Made by a program: the position numbers and the translations under genes. Shown here piece after piece: positions 27,604-37,295 of a DNA stretch of 64,000 bases (position 1 is its first letter; each line of letters begins with the position of its first letter). The stretch spans positions 756 to 64,755 of IMG/VR virus record IMGVR_UViG_2838042994_000001; one strand, 5' to 3'. The notes below the pieces were generated by a model. The model saw only the letters and a program-made list of their open reading frames with translations. It was not told where the DNA came from and made no database searches. The DNA is from a virus (taxonomy: Duplodnaviria > Caudoviricetes).

Positions 27604-28877
27604 GCGGCCTCGGCCTCATTATCGTTGTTGTCATTGGCCGGCGGATCGGTCGGCTTGGTTGCCGACTGCGTCTGCTGAGATCCAAGAGGCACTGTTGCCC
27701 CTTGGATATGAAGCTTTTCCGCCTCTTCGCCCTTGGCCGGCAGGTTTTCGAGCTTGCGAACCTCGTCAGGTGTGCGGATGGCGTTCTGGATCGCGATGCC
27801 ATAGCCTTCCATGCGGGTCTTGAAGTCACCGCGGAGAAGTCCGTCGAGATTGTGCTCGACATAGCGACTGCCTGCCGCCCGCCCGAAGAACTTCAGGTTG
27901 ATCTCGTCCTCGAGCGCCTTTGCCCACTGGCCGATCAGATGCTTGACGAGATGAAGATCTTGCTGCTCGGCGTTGCTGAACGTCGCGCGCGACAGATCCT
28001 GCAGGAACACCGGCGGAAGCTGGTAAGTCCGAGCGATTTCCTCGACCTGGAAACGACGCGCCTCGATCATCTGCCCTTTGGCAGGGTCAAGGCCAACCGG
28101 AGACAGATCATAGCCCGGCGGAATTGGAAAGACCGATTCCCCAGCGCCCTTTGCAGCGTCGACCGATCGCTTGATGTCAGCCTGGGCGCGCTTAAGCGCT
28201 TCGCCGCTGGCCGGCAGCGGGCCTTTCAATGCAAGCGGAGGCACCCCGCCTCCGGCGAAGAAATTCGACCCATAGTCGTTCATGGCAATCGCAAGCTGGA
28301 TTGCCTTGGACGCCTGCGCGATCGGGCCGTAGTGCCTCAATCCGCAACTGCGGCGCATGAACGGCACATCAATGACGTCGGCCGCATCATACGTCTTGCC
28401 CTCATAGTCATAGGTGATCTTCAGGCCGACGCGCTTGACGGTCGTCTTCGTCGGATTCATCGGCCACAGCGAATCCACGCCCTGCGGCGTGCGCTCGATA
28501 TACGCCAGGCCACGGCCGTGCGTGAAAACCTGTTGCCAGAACCACTGCCAGAACGCGAAAGAGCCAATGCCATCGTTCGGAGCGACGTTGACGACCGTTT
28601 CCAGCCGTCCGGTGATGCGCGTGGCACCGGTTTTGGTGTCTCGGTAGGCGTGCCGCGGCAGCGCGGCCAGCGTGCGCGACATGAACGCGACCGCAGCCCA
28701 AACCGCAGGCACTGTCAACGCGCTGTCGACGGTTACAGCCGGCAGATTGGCCGAATTGATGCCGAAGAACGCCAGGAAATTGTCGGCGCTCACTGGGATG
28801 GTTGGATTTTCAATGGTTGTGCGCGTTTCCGGCGATTGTTCCGCGTTTCGGCGGCTAAACCAGTCTTTTATTGCCAT
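27600..28877 (-). CDS. Portal protein (HK97 family)
   Basis: HGRGLAYI...EEIARTYQLPP...NAEQQ. Confidence 0.93.
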   Translation of the reverse strand: MAIKDWFSRRNAEQSPETRTTIENPTIPVSADNFLAFFGINSANLPAVTVDSALTVPAVWAAVAFMSRTLAALPRHAYRDTKTGATRITGRLETVVNVAPNDGIGSFAFWQWFWQQVFTHGRGLAYIERTPQGVDSLWPMNPTKTTVKRVGLKITYDYEGKTYDAADVIDVPFMRRSCGLRHYGPIAQASKAIQLAIAMNDYGSNFFAGGGVPPLALKGPLPASGEALKRAQADIKRSVDAAKGAGESVFPIPPGYDLSPVGLDPAKGQMIEARRFQVEEIARTYQLPPVFLQDLSRATFSNAEQQDLHLVKHLIGQWAKALEDEINLKFFGRAAGSRYVEHNLDGLLRGDFKTRMEGYGIAIQNAIRTPDEVRKLENLPAKGEEAEKLHIQGATVPLGSQQTQSATKPTDPPANDNNDNEAEAA

Positions 28878-30811
28878 TATGCCGCCTTTGTGAGCGAGAA
28901 TTCCGGATCATCCCAGGGGCTTGTAACCGGATTGATCTCGACTATCCCATCCACGGCCGCACCAACCGCCATCGCCGAAGCCACGGCCGGGTCAATGCGC
29001 ACCGTGGATTTCTTCTTTGAGAACCACTGATTGCCCATAAGCGGGTCGGTTTCGATCGCAACGCCCATCAGAGCGCCCAGCAGAACCGGCGACTTTCTAA
29101 GCCGCACGCGCTCCTCAAGGATCAGCGCCTCGAGCGCCGCGACACTACCTGGCATCCACAAGCCGAGCGGCGGATCCAGGCCTGCATCTTTTGCCGCCTG
29201 CACCTTGTCCTCGTCTGGTTTTGCCCGCTTCTTGCCGCCCTGCGGGTGGGCTACGGTCTTGATGCTGGCGCCGTACTCGTCGAGCTCGGTTTCGAACTTG
29301 TCAAACGCGTAACGGTCGAAAGCCAAAACGCCAATTCCGTGCTCGGAGTTAAGGCGAGCGAATAGAGCAGCAACATGATCATATCGTACGCGTGCGCCCT
29401 CCGGAGCGTTGATGTAGCCGTTGTCCATCCATAGCCGGTAGGGCACATGGTCTACCTTCGACCGCTCATCCATGGTGTCTCGCGGCGTCCACGCCTCGAT
29501 CCAGAGATCGAAGGTGGGCAAATCGGCCTCAGTGCCGTCCTCGCGCATGACGCGCTTGGATCCTGTCTCGACGACGAAAGCCGCCGCGGTCAAATCCTTG
29601 GCGCCGGACAAGTCCAGGCCGGCGGCCGTGATCTGCTTGCCCTTGTGCTCGGTATACGGGTCGAAATCGACCATCACCTTTTCAAGGATGGGGCGCGGAA
29701 TCCATGCGGTGTCAGCCTCTGTCCAGACGCAAAAGTGCAGCCGGAGAATGCCGTTCCGCTTGGATGGAATATCCTTCGCCTGGTTGACGACGCCGGCAAG
29801 ATAATCGTGCTTGAGCGTCACGCCGAAGAGCGGGTTAGCCTTCTGCCAGCATGTTGGGTCAGTGAATGGATCATCGTCTTTGTCGAGCGCGCAGACATAT
29901 GAGAATGTCGTGTCGTCGACGACCTCGCCAACATAGGTGAAATCGTCGTCTGGCGTCTGCGTGCCAGCCGCGACCTTGATAGCGTGCTGGTGTTCATCCC
30001 AGCAAATCGAATTCCGATCGCTCCCCGAGTTCGTAATCATGAACAACAGCGGCTGCCGGCGAAACTTGAAACCGCGCTCGAGCATTTCGATGACCTTGCC
30101 ATCTGGATGCTCGTGGATCTCGTCGCAGAGCGCGATATACGGCCTCGGGCCGGAGTGCGCGCCCTCTCGCGAGATCGGCCGGAAAAATGATCGCTTCTTG
30201 AGGTACGACAGGTTCCAGATCGGATTGCCGCCCGATGGCGTCAGCTTCGACTTGAGCGCCGGCGACTGCTCGTACATCGCCACCGCGTCGCGAAACAGAA
30301 CGAATGCCTGATCCTTGTTAGCAGCCGCGGCGTAGATTTCGGCCGCCGCCTCGCCGTCCGATGTCAGGCAATAGTGCCCGATGCCAGCGGCCAGCGGAGA
30401 CTTGCCGTTGCCCTTACCTTCCTCGATGTAGGCGCGCCGAAAGCGGCGCAGGATTGCGCCGTCGGATTCAACGCGCTTCCATCCGAAGATGGAACCAATC
30501 TTGAACTGCTGAGAAATATGCGGGTGGAACGGCCGGCCTTCAAACTGGCCGCCATTCAATCTCAAAACAGCCGGGAAAAACCGCAGGACACGGTCGGCAG
30601 CCTCTGGATCCCAGTGGATGCCGCGCGCCGGGCCGTTCAGGCGGTCGTCTCGGTGCCGACGGCAGGCGTTCCGAACGTGCGGGCCGGCAATGATTGTGCC
30701 ACTGATTACGGCTTCCGCATACTCGTCGACCGGGCCAACTGGATACGGCGGGTTGAAGTGCGCCGGAACGCTAGTCGAAGAACTCGTCTGCTGGGTCTTT
30801 GCTCTCGCCAT
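28877..30811 (-). CDS. terL: Terminase large subunit
   Basis: GKGNGKS Walker A, CDEIHE Walker B, GLDLS, RIDPAVA. Confidence 0.95.
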   Translation of the reverse strand: MARAKTQQTSSSTSVPAHFNPPYPVGPVDEYAEAVISGTIIAGPHVRNACRRHRDDRLNGPARGIHWDPEAADRVLRFFPAVLRLNGGQFEGRPFHPHISQQFKIGSIFGWKRVESDGAILRRFRRAYIEEGKGNGKSPLAAGIGHYCLTSDGEAAAEIYAAAANKDQAFVLFRDAVAMYEQSPALKSKLTPSGGNPIWNLSYLKKRSFFRPISREGAHSGPRPYIALCDEIHEHPDGKVIEMLERGFKFRRQPLLFMITNSGSDRNSICWDEHQHAIKVAAGTQTPDDDFTYVGEVVDDTTFSYVCALDKDDDPFTDPTCWQKANPLFGVTLKHDYLAGVVNQAKDIPSKRNGILRLHFCVWTEADTAWIPRPILEKVMVDFDPYTEHKGKQITAAGLDLSGAKDLTAAAFVVETGSKRVMREDGTEADLPTFDLWIEAWTPRDTMDERSKVDHVPYRLWMDNGYINAPEGARVRYDHVAALFARLNSEHGIGVLAFDRYAFDKFETELDEYGASIKTVAHPQGGKKRAKPDEDKVQAAKDAGLDPPLGLWMPGSVAALEALILEERVRLRKSPVLLGALMGVAIETDPLMGNQWFSKKKSTVRIDPAVASAMAVGAAVDGIVEINPVTSPWDDPEFSLTKAA

Positions 30812-31154
30812 CAGGTTTTGCCCCAGCCTTCGAAGCGTCTGCAGGCGTCGCACCCATCTGGCCGTAGCACTGGCGGAGAAGGTTCATGGCTTGCACGCCA
30901 ACGTCATCGCCCTTCATCATTCTGCCGCGAATGTTTGCGGCAATCGCCAGGTGGCCGCGGTGGCTTGAATTCAGCCAGGGCACCTCAGATGCAATTTCGC
31001 GCCATGCCTTTTGCGCGTACTCATTCAGCCAATCAAACGGATCTCCGACGCTATCAGCTACGGTCGGCTCGTTGCGGCCTTCAAATTTTGTTTTCTGCTT
31101 GCCTGCGTGGCCAGTGATTTCGGCTTTGGCCTTTGGCGTTCTCGGCCGCGCCAT
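30771..31154 (-). CDS. terS: Terminase small subunit
   Basis: MARPRTP...GATPADASK; directly upstream of terL. Confidence 0.8.
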   Translation of the reverse strand: MARPRTPKAKAEITGHAGKQKTKFEGRNEPTVADSVGDPFDWLNEYAQKAWREIASEVPWLNSSHRGHLAIAANIRGRMMKGDDVGVQAMNLLRQCYGQMGATPADASKAGAKPDGESKDPADEFFD

Positions 31155-31167
31155 GCGCACCCTCTTG

Positions 31168-31177
31168 ACAAATTTGT
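31168..31177. promoter_or_regulatory. ACAAATTTGT operator copy just upstream of terS
   Basis: Perfect palindrome preceded by TTG. Confidence 0.65.
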
Positions 31178-31348
31178 GATTTGCGCGTAGTTTCAAACCA
31201 TCAGCCGTTGAGCAGAGCTCCGGCTAACCGCACCCCCGTCACCCTCAACTTTTCAATCGAAAAAATGCATAGGAATGCCCATCGTCGTTTCCCTGTATGG
31301 GCCCGCTGGCAACCTCGATGCACCCCTCCCCATTAGGTGCACTTGCAT

Positions 31349-31642
31349 CTACAGGGGCCAGCCATCGGCGCCGTAGACGACGACAGTCTTGCCGTTGTCC
31401 TCAAGCTTCCCTCGAGAGGAGTGACAAGGTTTGCAGGTTGAGAGAAATGGGCCAGACCAGAACAGATCAAGGTCGCCACGATGGGCGACCCGATGGTGCA
31501 CCTCAGTTGCCGGCTCGACGACCTCTCGCTCCAAGCACCACTCACACAGAGGGTGCATGCTTAGCTGAGCCTGTCGCAGTGCTCGCCACCTGGCCGACTT
31601 ATATAAGTGCAACCAATCCCTTGATCTATGCTGCATAGGCAA
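31349..31642 (-). CDS. Packaging-associated HNH endonuclease
   Basis: PLCEWC...EVHH...TCKPCHS; adjacent to terS. Confidence 0.85.
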   Translation of the reverse strand: MPMQHRSRDWLHLYKSARWRALRQAQLSMHPLCEWCLEREVVEPATEVHHRVAHRGDLDLFWSGPFLSTCKPCHSSRGKLEDNGKTVVVYGADGWPL

Positions 31643-32501
31643 ACAAACTCGGCTGCTTTGGCGGCGTATCGCTCTTATCGCGATTGCACTTGCGGCAAGC
31701 GCACTGAGTATTCATGTAGCTGTGCGCGCCACCAAGACTGAGTGGCATGATATGGTCCAACTCAGGCGCCCTATCGTCGTATGTGCCGCGTAGTCCTCTT
31801 GGCGTCTTCACGCCGCATATGCGGCACTTCCATTTATCTCTCTCGAAAACAATGAGTGGATCGACGTTCTCAACAAGAGCGCCGCGCATCCGGGCGCGCT
31901 CTTTCTTCCTGGCCATCCGATGTGAGTTGCGACGGCTGCACTTGTCGGAACAGTAAACAGTTCTCAAGTCACCGTATGAAGTGGCGAACATGTTCCCGCA
32001 TTCTTTACACGCCTTGGGAGAATGGTCCCTATTGTCGTTGGCAGACGCGTACTTCCTCGCTTTGTCGCGCGCATCATCCTTGCGGCATTCATCGGAGCAA
32101 AACACAAAAGACTTTTTGTGTGCTGTGAAAACTGAGTCACAGCACCGGCAGCGTTTGCGCAACACGATGAACGACACAGGATTTGTCACAAGTGCGACGT
32201 GGCCTAGATTTGCCATTATTGCTGTGCCGCTGCATCGCTTGGAGCAGAACCTTGGCTCTGCCTTGTCCTTCTTAACCTTGCGAAAGGATGTGCCGCATAG
32301 CTCGCAAATGCGCTCCGGAGATCTAGCGAGCGCCATTTCTTTTTCACGTGCTGGATTTCGCTTTGTACGATCCATCGCTCTGGCGCACGCCTCGCCGCAG
32401 TACTTTCTGGCGGCGTGACCTGTCACCTCGTTCTCGCAAACTAGGCACTTCCTGAAATTATCATTGGCAGCAACAGGGCCGCCGAATAGCGCATCCATCA
32501 A
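31626..32501 (-). CDS. HNH endonuclease with multiple CxxC zinc-ribbon repeats
   Basis: Repeated C-x2-C...(Y/F)CS-x2-C; ELDHIMPLSLGGAH...N...CRKCN. Confidence 0.85.
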   Translation of the reverse strand: MMDALFGGPVAANDNFRKCLVCENEVTGHAARKYCGEACARAMDRTKRNPAREKEMALARSPERICELCGTSFRKVKKDKAEPRFCSKRCSGTAIMANLGHVALVTNPVSFIVLRKRCRCCDSVFTAHKKSFVFCSDECRKDDARDKARKYASANDNRDHSPKACKECGNMFATSYGDLRTVYCSDKCSRRNSHRMARKKERARMRGALVENVDPLIVFERDKWKCRICGVKTPRGLRGTYDDRAPELDHIMPLSLGGAHSYMNTQCACRKCNRDKSDTPPKQPSLFAYAA

Positions 32502-32897
32502 GGTCTCGACTCCTTGTCGACCTCATGTTGATAGCGGGTGAGCCGAAGCCCACCCGCAGAACCAGCGCAAGAGGTCGAGAATTGCGCTGATCAGATGAAA
32601 CCGAAAGCGGCCGCTCAACACCGCTATGCAGTGGAGCAGCCGCAGGGATCGCCAGTCGCCGAGGAGGGAGCGCCAGGCAATTGACCACCAACGAAGCGCG
32701 TCCGCAACGTCGTCCTGTCGTTCCAGGAGCTAGACATGGCCGCAAAGGGCCAGAGGATCATGGGTGGGGCATAGTTACCCGCTCACTCAGCGGCTGCACC
32801 TAACTGCAGCATGGCGGCGGGGCGGTCGCAACCGCAAAGGGGTGAGGATTAAGCAGTCCTCTCAACCCTTGGTGACCTGAATGCGCGTGGCATACGG

Positions 32898-33896
32898 TCA
32901 CGCTGCACGGTTGCGAAAGCGACGTAGGGCCTCGGCATCCAGGGCCTTCTCTCGCTTGTCTATCTCTTGCCATTTTATGGAGATGCTGCCGATTGCCATA
33001 CCAACAAGCACGCGGCCTGCGACGGCCGGCTGCGATTTGTCTTCTGATCGGCCAATGTCCGTATATGACTTGCCGCCTAGGGCGGCATCTTCGAATGGCT
33101 CGACAAGCGGGCCGAGTGATGCCCTTAGCTCTGCCAGTATCGGCTTGGCATCGACGTGCGCATTGAGCACTTCGTCGGTGATCTTCACGTGCAAGCTTTC
33201 AGTCTTGATGACGCTGCCTGCGGCAATGTTATCGTTGTCGGCAACAACCGTGCGTCTGGCTGGCTGAGCATGGGCGCCCTTGCTCTTCTTGATCTTCGAC
33301 GATTGCTTTATCTCGCCGTCGGGGATCACAATCCAATCGCTGGCTGCAGCTGCATCGATATCGGCTTCCGGAGTGAGCCTTTTGCTGACACGAACAACCT
33401 CGCCGCCATCCGCCTTGCTATAGTCCAAGCCCTTGAGAGGCTCCGCCTCACAAAGGGCGACCAGCTTGCGATAACGAAGCACGACCGCTATCGCATCGTC
33501 TTTCCCGTCTCGCCGGAGCGCTTCAAGAAGTGGAAAATCCTCACCACGACTTTGAACGCAGGACGGATCGCCGATATCCTGGCGCTTCGCAATTTTTCTC
33601 GTCATCTTAGCCATTGAGCGCCGTTCCTCTTTTGCTTTTCTTGCAGCAACAGCGCGACCATCTGCGCGCTCCTCTGGCGTCGTATGCTTGCGCGACAATC
33701 TCGCTTGGGTCTGTTCAACGATTGGCTCCCAGATGCCATCAACTTTCCTGAAGCGTGTATTTGTCCTGTATGGATGGGGATCGCTTCCGGTGTAAGCTAC
33801 TCGGCCAGTGGCGTCTAAAATCTGCTCTTCTGCTTCTATTGCCATCATTGTCTCCCGCATGTGGTGGTGCAGGATATATAGGCTTTTGCTCGCCAA
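32898..33896 (-). CDS. Hypothetical protein, possibly late-transcription regulator
   Basis: Long ORF at early/late boundary with C-terminal HTH-like GKSYTDIG segment; function inferred from position. Confidence 0.6.
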   Translation of the reverse strand: MASKSLYILHHHMRETMMAIEAEEQILDATGRVAYTGSDPHPYRTNTRFRKVDGIWEPIVEQTQARLSRKHTTPEERADGRAVAARKAKEERRSMAKMTRKIAKRQDIGDPSCVQSRGEDFPLLEALRRDGKDDAIAVVLRYRKLVALCEAEPLKGLDYSKADGGEVVRVSKRLTPEADIDAAAASDWIVIPDGEIKQSSKIKKSKGAHAQPARRTVVADNDNIAAGSVIKTESLHVKITDEVLNAHVDAKPILAELRASLGPLVEPFEDAALGGKSYTDIGRSEDKSQPAVAGRVLVGMAIGSISIKWQEIDKREKALDAEALRRFRNRAA

Positions 33897-33899
33897 ATG

Positions 33900-33909
33900 A
33901 CAAATTTGT
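33900..33909. promoter_or_regulatory. ACAAATTTGT operator copy
   Basis: TGACAAATTTGTCA extended palindrome between genes. Confidence 0.7.
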
Positions 33910-34139
33910 CAAACGCCGCATGCGCGCTTCGTTGCTTGCTGTGTCGTGCGGAGATAGACGCGCAGCCCGTTGATCGTCGACTGCGAGACCTTGGAGCGCT
34001 CCGCGTCGTCGAGCGCCTGCCAGGCGTAGGCCTCGATGTAGCGCGACAGCGTGCAGTCGTTGCTGACGACGGCTTGTGCGTTGGCCGGCGCCGCGAGAGC
34101 AAGAAGGCTGACGGCGGATGCGATAAGAATGGATTTCAT
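33909..34139 (-). CDS. Small exported protein
   Basis: Signal peptide (…APANA|QA), two Cys, RBS. Confidence 0.7.
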   Translation of the reverse strand: MKSILIASAVSLLALAAPANAQAVVSNDCTLSRYIEAYAWQALDDAERSKVSQSTINGLRVYLRTTQQATKRACGV

Positions 34140-34178
34140 GACTGTCTCCTCTTCGTGGTGACTGGTTGCGATGGTGCT

Positions 34179-34206
34179 AATTTAACAAACTCTACAAATT
34201 TGTCAA
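34179..34206 (-). promoter_or_regulatory. Promoter TTGACA-N16-TAAATT containing ACAAATTTGT operator (34194..34203)
   Basis: Direct reading. Confidence 0.65.
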
Positions 34207-34733
34207 GGCGCCTGCCGCAAGCCATGGCCGGACTGATTGTCGTTCTCGGCCAGCCAGCCGCGCACGAGCGCCACGGCTTGCCGGGCTGCGTCTTCCGGCA
34301 CGGCAGCCTCAATGATGGCAATTTCAAAGCCAAGGGCGCGCAGCAACGGAAACCGGCTTTCCTGGCTGGCCGTCAATGAACCTTCCTCGCCTTTCATCTC
34401 GATCATGCGAATGACGCCGCCGAAAAAATACAGCCTTACATCCGGCTCGCCTGCCGCCATCCCGGCCGCCTTCAACTTCACCGCGGCGTTGCGCCCGCGA
34501 AAGCCAGATCCGTTTTGGTCGGCTGCGAGCGTGAATGTGCCGGGCTTCACCTTGCTGGCGTCAGCGACATACTCCGGCATGCGCTTCAGAAGTTTGACCG
34601 CTTCAATCTGCAAATCGATCTCGAGAACCGGAGCCGCCTTCACGGTGACCTTTGTGCCGTTGGCTGTGACGGTCGTGACGATGCGAACGCGCTTGCCGTT
34701 CAGTCGGGTCGTCTGGGTCGTCCGTTTTGCCAT
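34203..34733 (-). CDS. VRR-NUC-like nuclease
   Basis: GEPD...IEMK...SQ PD-(D/E)xK motif. Confidence 0.75.
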   Translation of the reverse strand: MAKRTTQTTRLNGKRVRIVTTVTANGTKVTVKAAPVLEIDLQIEAVKLLKRMPEYVADASKVKPGTFTLAADQNGSGFRGRNAAVKLKAAGMAAGEPDVRLYFFGGVIRMIEMKGEEGSLTASQESRFPLLRALGFEIAIIEAAVPEDAARQAVALVRGWLAENDNQSGHGLRQAP

Positions 34734-34737
34734 TTTC

Positions 34738-34979
34738 TGCTCCACCTCCAAAAAGTGCTCCACCACCTGTTTTGCTCCACCACCCAAAATCTTGCTCCAC
34801 TACCCCGCTCTACCACCCCCACCCCTAAAGGGGATGGGGTGGTGGTGGAGCAGAGTGGAGAGGTAGCCGCGACACGTTTTGCTCCACCCTGCTCCACCCC
34901 TAAAAATTGGGTGGTGGAGCAGATTTTTGCTCCACTGCTCCACCGTGCTCCACCCCTAAAAATTGGGTGGTGGAGCAGA
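34738..34979. repeat. Iteron-like cluster, probable replication origin
   Basis: About 12 TGCTCCAC(C) copies in both orientations; 34-bp direct repeat at 34890..34923 and 34946..34979; directly after primase-helicase. Confidence 0.75.
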
Positions 34980-34988
34980 CTTGCCGAC

Positions 34989-37295
34989 CTACGCTGCAGC
35001 TGCCGTATCTGCCCAATTCGAGCTCTTGATATACGGCACGAGCTTCCGTGTTTTGATCTCGTGCAGGCGATGCTTGACGAGCTCGCCCTGCTTGATCCAG
35101 TTGTCGATGAGGCGCGCGATCTTGCGCTTGTCTGACTTGTCGTCGGCGTCCATTTCGAGCACGCGGGCCACGGCATAACCGGCCCACTCGTTCGATTGAT
35201 CGCTCGCCCGCCAATCCTGGCCATCGAGCACAGCCTTGATAGCGGCAAGTTTCTCCGGCGCCACTTCCTGCGCGATCTCTTCCGCCGACGGCCATTTCCA
35301 CTCAGTCACGACAGGCGCGAAATCCTGCGGCTTCGTGAGGCCTCGCCCATTGCCAAGCGGCACGCTGACGAGGCGACGCCAGTCCAATTTGGACGAAAGA
35401 GGAGTCAGATTTGCCTTGCCGTAGTTGACCGAGAAATAGCCGAAGCGATCAGCCTTATCGATGCCCGCCTCCGATGCTTGCTCGTCTGACATGCGGTTCA
35501 AGACACGCACCGATCGCGCCGCGCCGATCAGCGACACGGCGCCTCGAGCGTCTTCGACGGTCGCCTCACGGTCTGCCACCTTGCGGAGATGGTGCACGAT
35601 GTCGATGGCGCAGTTAGTGTAATCCGCAATCTGCGCCCATAGTTTCGCCACCTTGTCGATCGCGCCATTGTCGTTCTCGTTCACGCCGTGGGTCGAAACG
35701 AACGGATCCACAATCATGACATCGATGCCATTACGCTCGATCTGCTCGACCACCGCCTCGACGATCGGCTCCTGGATCTTGACGCCGGTTTTCTTGTCTT
35801 CGAGCGCAACGACGAGCTCTTGTTCGCGACCGCTGTCGAGGAAGAGATGGCCTTCAATGTCGTCCGGCTTGAGATTGTAATGGATGCACGCCGCCATAAT
35901 GCGCCGCTCCATTTCGTCGCGTGGATCCTCGGCGTTGAAGACCCAGACCCGCAACCGATGCGGCGGCTTGGTCCCGAGCAGCGCGCGGCCCGACGCCATA
36001 GCAAGGCTTTCGGCAAGGCTTAGGCTGGTCTTGCCAAGGCCGCCCGGGCTGACGGTCACGGACACGTATTTGCGGATCAGGTGGCTGCCATAGGCGAACT
36101 CGCGCCGAGGCAAGGAGGCCGGGTCGATCCATTTGAACGCGGTCGCGTGCAGCGGGCCGGGCGGTGGTTCGTTATCGTTGGCGACACCGTGCGGGAGCGG
36201 TTCTGCATCATGAGCCGTTTCCAGAGGTGTGTTTTCCCGTTCGGGATCAATGTCACCGACTGGTGACGCATCCTCTTGCGCAGCATCTTCATCTATTTCT
36301 GGCGGCGCCGCATCCTTCCTGGCTTTCGACAAGCCATTCTTGATCATGCGGCTGATATCGACGAGACGCGTATTGTCCTGCTGGAAATCCGATTCCGGTA
36401 TCTGCCGCGGCTGCCGCATGCCAGCATCAAGCCCGCGCCGGATCTTCGACCACGTTTCGCGCTCGCCATCCTTCTGCGCCACGCCGTTTGCTTGCGCCGC
36501 CGAGTACAGAGCGGATTCCGCCTCCGATCGCGACAGAGCGCCGGCGCCGACGAATTGGCCCAAGGCATAGGCGCTGGCGTTCAGCTGCGCCCCGCGCCCG
36601 CCCTGCCCGGCTGTGGCCAGTAATGCGAGCTCGTCGTCGACGGCTTTGTTGACGTAATGGTCATTGGTGCCTGCCTGATAACTGAACGGCATTGCCGGGC
36701 CTGCCGCAGCCTGCCTTGGCAGCACGAGCTCCAGCAGCCAATCTGGTGCGTCGGCGATCGGCGATTCCGAGATCCATTTATAGTGCCGGCCGTCAGCCAT
36801 GGCGCTGCCAGGCATAATCACATAGCCACCATCCCCGCGCACGTCGACCCCCGATCCGAGACCACCGCGGTTGCGTACGCCAGCCACGTGACGGAAGAAG
36901 ATATGCGTGCCACCGTTGGCCGTCTTGGCTCGCCTTGTGTCCGGCAGTTGGCCATTGGCGTTCTCCATGGCCTCAAGCCACTGGTGTCCGTCGGCGACGC
37001 CAGGCTTTAGATCGAGATCGAGCACCCAAAAGCCAGAAGGCGCGCCCGTAGGCACGCCGACAAGGGCATCTGGATTGTCGTTCCACCATCGCTGGATGAT
37101 GCGCGGGAATTTGCTCGCCCCGCGCAGCCCATTGCTGGTGTATGGCGTTTTCTCGTGTTTGGTGTCGATCTCGCCGGTGATTGGGTCGGTAACGTCTTCC
37201 GGCTTGGCCCTGCATGGAAAGACTGGATAGCCGGCGGCGACGTAGTGCTGGGCTAGTTCAAGCGGCTGCAATGCTGATCTCCGGAATGTTGTCAT
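34989..37295 (-). CDS. Bifunctional primase-polymerase fused to AAA_25 (RepA-like) helicase
   Basis: VFPC...LDLD...GGTHIF...DVRGDGGYV; SPGGLGKT; IVDP; HH. Confidence 0.9.
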   Translation of the reverse strand: MTTFRRSALQPLELAQHYVAAGYPVFPCRAKPEDVTDPITGEIDTKHEKTPYTSNGLRGASKFPRIIQRWWNDNPDALVGVPTGAPSGFWVLDLDLKPGVADGHQWLEAMENANGQLPDTRRAKTANGGTHIFFRHVAGVRNRGGLGSGVDVRGDGGYVIMPGSAMADGRHYKWISESPIADAPDWLLELVLPRQAAAGPAMPFSYQAGTNDHYVNKAVDDELALLATAGQGGRGAQLNASAYALGQFVGAGALSRSEAESALYSAAQANGVAQKDGERETWSKIRRGLDAGMRQPRQIPESDFQQDNTRLVDISRMIKNGLSKARKDAAPPEIDEDAAQEDASPVGDIDPERENTPLETAHDAEPLPHGVANDNEPPPGPLHATAFKWIDPASLPRREFAYGSHLIRKYVSVTVSPGGLGKTSLSLAESLAMASGRALLGTKPPHRLRVWVFNAEDPRDEMERRIMAACIHYNLKPDDIEGHLFLDSGREQELVVALEDKKTGVKIQEPIVEAVVEQIERNGIDVMIVDPFVSTHGVNENDNGAIDKVAKLWAQIADYTNCAIDIVHHLRKVADREATVEDARGAVSLIGAARSVRVLNRMSDEQASEAGIDKADRFGYFSVNYGKANLTPLSSKLDWRRLVSVPLGNGRGLTKPQDFAPVVTEWKWPSAEEIAQEVAPEKLAAIKAVLDGQDWRASDQSNEWAGYAVARVLEMDADDKSDKRKIARLIDNWIKQGELVKHRLHEIKTRKLVPYIKSSNWADTAAAA

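Noticed and set aside
27649-27666. Extra CNACCAA-type hairpin in the portal 3' end
   Set aside because: Lies well inside coding sequence, the loop is ambiguous, and there is no adjacent CACCAC-RBS; not counted
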